Part shown: positions 57,915-64,000 of the stretch, piece by piece
Layout of the letters: every line of letters starts with the position of its first letter
Position numbering within the stretch: position 1 is the stretch's first letter
Virus record (IMG/VR): IMGVR_UViG_3300043331_001086
Coordinates: 4,820 to 68,819 of that record
From: a virus
DNA length: 64,000 nucleotides
Direction: 5' to 3' (one strand)
The notes under the pieces: generated by a model
Told to the model about the DNA's origin: nothing
The model's database searches: none
Seen by the model: only the letters and a program-made list of their open reading frames with translations
Program-made: the position numbers and the translations under genes

Positions 57915-58828
57915 CCACCGTCACCGGCCGGACCTACACGGCCACCCGCCCCCGCGGACTCGCGTCGTGGAGCCCCCAGGCCCACACCCTCAACCTGCTC
58001 CGGCAGGTCAACGAGGTGCTCGCCGAGTACGCCGACCACCTCCCGCTCACCGCCCGCCAGATCTTCTACCGGCTGGTCGGCCGGTACGGCTACGACAAGA
58101 CCGAGGCCGCGTACAACCGGCTCCTCGAAGCCCTCAACCGGGCCCGCCGAGCCGGGTACATCCCGTGGGACGCGCTGCGTGACGACGGCACCGTGTCCGC
58201 CGAGCCGAACGCGTGGCGGGACCCGGACCACTTCTGGGCCGCGGTGCGTGGCACCGCCGACCGGTACGTCCATGACCTCCTCGACGGCCAGGCCACGATC
58301 GTGGAGGTGTGGGTCGAGGCCGCCGGCATGGTCCCCCAGATCGCGCGGGTCGCTCACGAGTACGGGATCACCGTGTTCTCGGCCGGGGGGTTCAACTCGG
58401 TGACCGAGAAGCACGACGCCGCGCTGCGGATGGTGCGCCGGTCCCGGGAGGGGCAGGACACCCTCGTACTCCACGTCGGGGACCACGATCCGTCGGGGTG
58501 CGCGATCGTGGACTCGGCCGCCGAGGACATCACGGCGTTCTGCGAGGACTACGGCCAGCCCTTCGCTGTCGAGTTCGAGCGCATCGCGGTGACCCCCACC
58601 CAGATCGAGACGTTCGACCTCGCGACGGCCCCGCAGAAGCGGACCGACCAGCGCGGCGAGCACATGGCTGAGACCGTGCAGGCCGAGGCCCTCGCCCCCG
58701 ACCAGATGGCCGACGCGGTGCGCGCCGCGATCGAGGACGCCATCGACGCCGACGCCATGCTCCACGCCCGGCACCTCGGGCAGACCGAACGCGACGCCAT
58801 CCTCGAGCACCTCGACGGTGTGGCGTGA
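57911..58828 (+). CDS. Topo VI-A/Spo11-like TOPRIM protein
   Basis: LTARQIFYRLV, VEVWVE, GGF.S, GDHDPSG, ERIAVT..QI. Confidence 0.75.
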   Translation: MTTVTGRTYTATRPRGLASWSPQAHTLNLLRQVNEVLAEYADHLPLTARQIFYRLVGRYGYDKTEAAYNRLLEALNRARRAGYIPWDALRDDGTVSAEPNAWRDPDHFWAAVRGTADRYVHDLLDGQATIVEVWVEAAGMVPQIARVAHEYGITVFSAGGFNSVTEKHDAALRMVRRSREGQDTLVLHVGDHDPSGCAIVDSAAEDITAFCEDYGQPFAVEFERIAVTPTQIETFDLATAPQKRTDQRGEHMAETVQAEALAPDQMADAVRAAIEDAIDADAMLHARHLGQTERDAILEHLDGVA

Positions 58829-58860
58829 CTTCTCCCCACCATCAACCCGAAGGAGATCCC

Positions 58861-59247
58861 ATGCACAAGCTGTCATCCCCTGTCGCGCTCCTCGTGGGCG
58901 CGGCCGTCGCGGTGGCCCTCGCCCTGGCGGCGGTCACGTTCGCGACGGTGCCCACCTCGGCCGACGCCGCGCCCGCCACCGTCGCGGTGGCCGAGGGGTC
59001 CGGCAAGCAGGTGGCCGTCGCCGGGTACAACAACGCGCCGGCCAGCCTGATCTGCGCCTACCACGCCGCCAGCTTCGAGCGGTACAGCCCCTACGACCAC
59101 GTGGTCACGACGTGCCGGGACATCAATTTCTTCGGCCACTTCGCCGTCCACATCGTGATCTTCGTGCCCGCCCTCGGCTGTTACATCGAGGACGTGTACG
59201 ACCGCCACAACGGCGCGGTCACCCCGATCAGCTACGGGTGCCTGTGA
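58861..59247 (+). CDS. secreted protein
   Basis: signal peptide ending SADA-AP; four Cys. Confidence 0.65.
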   Translation: MHKLSSPVALLVGAAVAVALALAAVTFATVPTSADAAPATVAVAEGSGKQVAVAGYNNAPASLICAYHAASFERYSPYDHVVTTCRDINFFGHFAVHIVIFVPALGCYIEDVYDRHNGAVTPISYGCL

Positions 59248-59633
59248 TGCGGCGCCTCGTGGTCCTCGTGGCCGCGCTGGCCCTGTGTGCCGGCGTGGCA
59301 TCGGTCGCCGCCGCGCACCCAGCTGACGCCGCGCCGGTCACGACCGCGGACTGGGCCGACGGCGACAACACGTCGTCGGCGTGGAGCATCTGCATGTGGG
59401 TCGGGGCCCGTGACCTCGGCACCCAGCACGTGACCCTCGAGCGCGCCCGCAACATCGACTGGTTCGGGGACGCCTGGGTGGGGTGTGACTATCAGATCCG
59501 GCGACCCGTCGGGAGCTTCATCGACCGGTCCTGCCAGCACGCCCTCGTGGACCGGGACCGGTCCCATCTCCTGTCCGGCACGTACTGGCTCGCTCCGACG
59601 GAGTGGTCGGTCCACAACTCCTGCCGCCACTGA
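59247..59633 (+). CDS. secreted protein
   Basis: MRR plus hydrophobic core, PADA-AP; four Cys in the mature part. Confidence 0.65.
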   Translation: MRRLVVLVAALALCAGVASVAAAHPADAAPVTTADWADGDNTSSAWSICMWVGARDLGTQHVTLERARNIDWFGDAWVGCDYQIRRPVGSFIDRSCQHALVDRDRSHLLSGTYWLAPTEWSVHNSCRH

Positions 59634-59899
59634 TGGGTGCTCCCTCAACCCCCGAGGCCCGCCTGACCGACCTCAAGGCCGCGGGCAACATCCTGGCCGC
59701 GGTGTCCCAGCTGCTCGACCAGGTGGACTGGCACGACGTCGCCCGCCAGTGTGAGCGCGCCGAGTCGGTCCTGCCGATCACCGAGCCGACGGCCTACCGG
59801 GACCACGGCGACACCCTGCGCCGCAACGGGCGGCTGATGCGGGTCACCGCGACCTACGTCGACACGCTCCGGGCCCTGCACGAGGAGGCAGGCGGATGA
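59633..59899 (+). CDS. hypothetical protein
   Basis: coupled TGATG start. Confidence 0.5.
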   Translation: MGAPSTPEARLTDLKAAGNILAAVSQLLDQVDWHDVARQCERAESVLPITEPTAYRDHGDTLRRNGRLMRVTATYVDTLRALHEEAGG

Positions 59900-60396
59900 G
59901 CGCGTCACCGAACTGGGGGATGGTGGGCGTGGCCGTCCCCCTCGTGTTCGCCGCGGTCGTCGCGATCGCGTCGCTCGAACCGTACGAGGAGACCCCGACC
60001 GACGTCGTGTGGGTGACCGTGGACCGGGTGATCGACGGGGACACGATCGTGGTCAACTACCGCGACGGCGGCCAGGACCGGGTGCGGCTCATCGGGGTGG
60101 ACACCCCCGAGGAGGGTGACTGCTGGGCCGACGACGCGACCAGCTGGCTCCGTGACCGGGTGGACGGCCGCCCCGTGGCGCTGGAACCCGAGGGGCCCCG
60201 GTTCACCGAGGACCGGTGGGGTCGGGTGCTCGCGCACGTGTGGCACGCCGATCAGCTGGTCGCGGCCGAGCTCGTGCGCCGCGGGCACGGGGTCGAGTAT
60301 CTCTACGACGTCCCGTCCCGGCACCGGGCCCGGATCCTCGACGCCGAGGACAAGGCCCAGGCCGACCGGATGGGCGTGTGGGGGTGCCCGCGATGA
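59896..60396 (+). CDS. thermonuclease (SNase) with N-terminal anchor
   Basis: VIDGDTI, VRLIGVDTPE, DRWGRVLA, GVW. Confidence 0.9.
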   Translation: MSASPNWGMVGVAVPLVFAAVVAIASLEPYEETPTDVVWVTVDRVIDGDTIVVNYRDGGQDRVRLIGVDTPEEGDCWADDATSWLRDRVDGRPVALEPEGPRFTEDRWGRVLAHVWHADQLVAAELVRRGHGVEYLYDVPSRHRARILDAEDKAQADRMGVWGCPR

Positions 60397-60677
60397 CCAC
60401 CGACACGGCAGTGCTGGCCCGGGCCCGGTCCCTGGCCCCTCTCGTGATCACCGGTGACGGGGACGTCGACCTCGGCGCCGTGGTCCACCTCGTCGCGCTG
60501 CTCACCGACCCGGACTCGGTGATGCCGCTCGACGTCGGCCCGACCTTCATCGGCGCGACCCTCGAACGGTGCATCTGCGGGCGGCACTACGCGTGCCCGG
60601 ACGGCTGGCACCAGCGGGACGACTGGCCGTGCTCGTGCACCCCGGACTGCGCCCTCGAGGAGGGCGACGATGCCTGA
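60393..60677 (+). CDS. Cys-rich hypothetical protein
   Basis: ATGA overlap. Confidence 0.5.
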   Translation: MTTDTAVLARARSLAPLVITGDGDVDLGAVVHLVALLTDPDSVMPLDVGPTFIGATLERCICGRHYACPDGWHQRDDWPCSCTPDCALEEGDDA

Positions 60678-61146
60678 CACCCGGATCGGTCTGGTGGGGT
60701 GCGTGGCAACGAAGCTGGACCGCCGTGCGCCGGCGCGGGACCTCTACACGTCCCCCCTGTTCGTGGGGCGCCGCCGGTGGGTCGAGGCCACCTGTGACCG
60801 CTGGTACATCCTGTCGGCGGCCCACTACCTCGTGCACCCCGACACCGAGCTCGACCCGTACGACGCGACCCTCGGCGCGGTGCCCCGGTATGTCCGGGAG
60901 TCGTGGGCCCGGCAGGTCCTGATCGACCTCATCGGGGTCGAGGGCCCGGACTGGTCGGGGACCATCTTCGAGGTGCACGCGGGCCTGCACTACGTCCAGC
61001 ACGGGCTCGAGGTGGGGCTCGCCCAGCGCGGTGGCCGGGTGGTCCGCCCGGCCGAGGGGCTCGGCCAGGGCCAGCAGCTGGCGCTGTACCGGCACGGGCC
61101 ACCGACGCGACGGCGCCCGCCGGCACCTGCGGGGCCAGACCAGTGA
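60670..61146 (+). CDS. DUF6884-like protein
   Basis: LVGCVATK..ARDLYTSPLF..WYILSA.H.LV..YD..AG..Y..GLGQGQQL. Confidence 0.75.
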   Translation: MPDTRIGLVGCVATKLDRRAPARDLYTSPLFVGRRRWVEATCDRWYILSAAHYLVHPDTELDPYDATLGAVPRYVRESWARQVLIDLIGVEGPDWSGTIFEVHAGLHYVQHGLEVGLAQRGGRVVRPAEGLGQGQQLALYRHGPPTRRRPPAPAGPDQ

Positions 61147-61753
61147 CCATCATCGGCCGCCTCGATGGGACGGTCCGGGTCGTGCTGGACACGGTGACCG
61201 CGACCCCGGAGCTCCGGATGCTGTTGGCCGAGGCGGGCCGCCCGGACCTCGCGGACGCGTTGCAGTACGCCGGTGTGGGGTCGACGGACTCGTTCCTCCT
61301 GTGGGCGGCGGGTGTGGAGCAGCCCCCGCCGCCGGTGGTGTGGAAGGCCGTCGACCTGTTCCGCCTCAAGCGGTTCCCGAACCGGGAGGAGACCCCGTGA
61401 CCCCTGACACTGCGATCGCGGTGGCGGCCCGTGACCTGGCTGCGACCGACGAGATGCTCGAACACCACTCGTCCACCTGTGACACGGATCCGTGCACGAC
61501 CTGTCTGGTCTGGTCTCACCGGGCGGCGGCAGCCTGGGCCCTTCTCCGCGCCCGGATCGCCGAGGCCGACGCCGGACCCCCGTTCACCGAAACCCCCCAC
61601 CGGGACGACACGATCACCGTCGAGGGCGGCTTCGCGGCCCCGTTCACCCCCGATCCAGTGGACGGCGAACCCCTCCCACCCCCCAATGCAAACACCCGCG
61701 GGATCTACCGGCCCGGCTGGGCCCACCAGGTCACAGGACTCCCCAACGGATAG
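61143..61753 (+). other. two small hypothetical ORFs (61143-61400, 61397-61753)
   Basis: GTGA overlaps and RBS. Confidence 0.5.
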
Positions 61754-61919
61754 CCTCCCACCCGCGACAACCTGCTCTGTGGCCGGTGACCCGCCGAGGA
61801 CCACCCCACACCTCCCGGATCACCGGCCACACGTCCCCACACCGGCCCCGCCACGGATACCCGGGCGCGACGGGGGGTAGCGTTGAGGCGGCGCACCAAG
61901 CGCCACCAGGAGGCCCACC

Positions 61920-62210
61920 ATGTCCGACGCCGATGTGACCCCGACCCCGATGACCGACGAGTCCCGCGACGCAGCCCTGGCGAATGCCGGGATCCCGACC
62001 ACTTCCGGTGACGTCGCCGCGGGTGACGCCGCCCTGGCCGAGGTGCCCGAGGCCGCGGCCGACGCGGTGGCGTGGCTCGAGGACGACAGCATCGACCAGG
62101 CCGAGCGGACCCGCCGTGCGGACCTGGCCGAGCAGGCCGAGGACGACCGGCCCGCGTCGGCGCAGCGTTCGTCGGTGCTGGACGCGATCGCCGAGGCCCG
62201 GAAGCCCTGA
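61920..62210 (+). CDS. acidic hypothetical protein
   Basis: AGGAGG RBS; TAGCGT -10-like box at 61878. Confidence 0.65.
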   Translation: MSDADVTPTPMTDESRDAALANAGIPTTSGDVAAGDAALAEVPEAAADAVAWLEDDSIDQAERTRRADLAEQAEDDRPASAQRSSVLDAIAEARKP

Positions 62211-62327
62211 CCCCCCCTGGCGAGAAATCTCAGGGGATGCGCGGGATCCGCGGCATAGGACGACTTACAACGCACCGCCGCCGCCCCAGCTGAACCCCGG
62301 TCCTGCCGCGGGGGGCCCGGCCAGCGT

Positions 62328-62621
62328 ATGATCCCCGCCGTGGTGGTCGCGCTGGTGATGCTGACGAGCTACCGGCTGACCCGGCTCCTGGTCCGTGACG
62401 AGTTCCCCCCGATCGCGGTCCAGCGGGCACGGATCGCCGAACGCTACGGGGACGCCTCGTGGCAGGCCTACCTGTCCCAGTGCTCGTGGTGCGCGGGGGT
62501 GTGGGTCTCGGGGCTCGTGACAGCCGCTGTGTGGCTTGTGGTGGGCCTGCCAGTCCCCGCCCTGGTGTGGTGGGGGTCGGCCGCCGCCGTGGGCCTACTG
62601 GCGTCCTGGGAGGGCAGCTGA
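62328..62621 (+). CDS. DUF1360-like membrane protein
   Basis: YRLTRLLVRDEFPP..CSWCAGVW. Confidence 0.7.
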   Translation: MIPAVVVALVMLTSYRLTRLLVRDEFPPIAVQRARIAERYGDASWQAYLSQCSWCAGVWVSGLVTAAVWLVVGLPVPALVWWGSAAAVGLLASWEGS

Positions 62622-62623
62622 GC

Positions 62624-62824
62624 GTGGGCCCGAATCACGCGTTCCACCTCATCATGTCGATCGCCACGTGCGGGCTCTGGCTCCCGGTGTGGCTGATCGT
62701 CGCGGTGACGGCGCGCCGGCCCCAGCAGACCGTGACCGTCGTCGCCCCGCACCAGCCGCTGGCCCCGCCCTACCAGCCACCCCCGCCCCCTCGGGAGGAG
62801 ACCGATGCGCGTCATCGCCGGTGA
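62624..62824 (+). CDS. small membrane protein
   Basis: NHAFHLIMSIATCGLWLPVW. Confidence 0.6.
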   Translation: MGPNHAFHLIMSIATCGLWLPVWLIVAVTARRPQQTVTVVAPHQPLAPPYQPPPPPREETDARHRR

Positions 62825-63305
62825 GCCGATCACGGGACCGGCCGGCACGGCCACGCCCGTGTTCCCGTTCGTGGTCCACGACCCCGACGGGCCCGACCCC
62901 GAGGACACCGGGTCGGTCGCCACGTGGATCCTCGAGTGCCCCGGGCAGTCCCCGGCCTGGTCCCACTACCAGCTGGCCGTCGTCCATCTCCGGCCCCTGC
63001 CGAACGGACCCGTGGCCCAGCTGCGTGCCCCGGGCATGACCCACGAGATCGTTCTCGCCGCCCTCGACCCGGACCTCCACCCCGACCCCGAGGACGTCGA
63101 GACCTGGGTGCGGCTCTACCCCATCAACATCACCGAGCAGGTCCAGCTACCCGGCGACGACGAGGCCCGTGACCTCCTGGCCGAAGCGGCCCGGCAGGTG
63201 GTCGCCGGGGTCCTGCCCGCCGAACCCCCGCTGTCCGGGCAGGTCGAGCCGTGGCGGTCGTGGGTGACGAACACGGCCCGTGCCCTCGGCGGGGACCGTG
63301 GCTGA
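62805..63305 (+). CDS. hypothetical protein
   Basis: GGAGGAG RBS; PGQSPAWSHY..HLRP..THE..ALDP. Confidence 0.6.
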   Translation: MRVIAGEPITGPAGTATPVFPFVVHDPDGPDPEDTGSVATWILECPGQSPAWSHYQLAVVHLRPLPNGPVAQLRAPGMTHEIVLAALDPDLHPDPEDVETWVRLYPINITEQVQLPGDDEARDLLAEAARQVVAGVLPAEPPLSGQVEPWRSWVTNTARALGGDRG

Positions 63306-64000
63306 CCGGCACACCCCCCCGGCACGTCGCCCGAACGCGCTCACCGCCTCGGCGCGGATCCTGCGCCCGATCCGCGAGGAGGCCCCGCACCCGCAGCCCT
63401 GGCATGAGGAGGCCTGGTCCCTGCGCGACATCGTGGGGGAACTCCGCTTCGCCGAGACCTGGCTCGGCAACAGCTTCTCGCGGGCCCGCCTGTTCGCGGC
63501 CCGCCGCCCCGAGCCCGGCCAGGAACCCCAGCCCGTCGAGACCGGCCCCGCCTATGACCTCGTGGCCCGCCTCGCCGGTGGCGTGGGCGGGCAGTCCAAC
63601 ATCCTCCGGTCGTTCGGCTCGTATCTGATGATCCCCGGGGCCGGGTACCTCGTCGGGGAGGTGCAGCACGGCGCCGAGCGGTTCACCGTCGTGGACGCGA
63701 ACGACATCCGCCTCGGCACCTACACCGACGGCACCCGCGGCTACGAGGTGCGGACCGGGGACCAGGTGGGCGACTGGCGTCACCTCCCCCCGGACTCGAT
63801 CGTCACGAAGGTCATGCGCCAGCATCCCCGCCGCCGCTGGGAACCCGACTCGCCGACCCGGGCCGCGCTCCCCGTGCTGCGCGAGCTCGTGCTCCTCACC
63901 GCGCACGTCGAAGCGACCGCCACGTCGCGGCTCGCCGGCGCGGGCCTACAGGCGTTCCCGTCCGAGATGGAACTCCCCCAGGGGTGGGACAAGTTCATCG
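63298..64000 (+). CDS. portal protein (partial, runs off the window)
   Basis: read manually: ALTASA..AW....VGELRF...W.GNS.SRARLFA..HPRR..EPDSPTRA.LPVLREL..SRLAGAG. Confidence 0.88.
   Translation, partial: MADRHTPPARRPNALTASARILRPIREEAPHPQPWHEEAWSLRDIVGELRFAETWLGNSFSRARLFAARRPEPGQEPQPVETGPAYDLVARLAGGVGGQSNILRSFGSYLMIPGAGYLVGEVQHGAERFTVVDANDIRLGTYTDGTRGYEVRTGDQVGDWRHLPPDSIVTKVMRQHPRRRWEPDSPTRAALPVLRELVLLTAHVEATATSRLAGAGLQAFPSEMELPQGWDKFI

Overview
The window looks like most of a very GC-rich, tailed (siphovirus-like) actinobacteriophage genome. Nearly all genes lie on the + strand. The order is: putative fibre or decoration genes, capsid hexamer/pentamer-type genes, neck, tail and tape measure (0.5-20 kb); a dioxygenase/methyltransferase/cytidylyltransferase/glycosyltransferase cassette (20-24 kb); lysis (24-26 kb); a short leftward recombination operon (26-30 kb); replication initiator with iterons, helicases and two DNA methyltransferases (30-40 kb); a base-modification cluster of DUF3050, ParB-like, TGT/DpdA-like, FolE, LOG and PRTase genes with no visible QueC/D/E (40-44.4 kb); a strong promoter, a structured non-coding stretch and small genes each preceded by a repeated hairpin leader (44.5-48.2 kb); and terminase subunits, many small accessory genes and the start of the portal (48-64 kb). 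No integrase, tRNA or CRISPR array was recognised. The strongest candidates for new biology are the incomplete deazaguanine-like cluster, the five-copy covarying RNA leader, and an AGCGCGCT palindrome beside -10 boxes across the genome. All family calls come from motif recognition by eye, not database searches.
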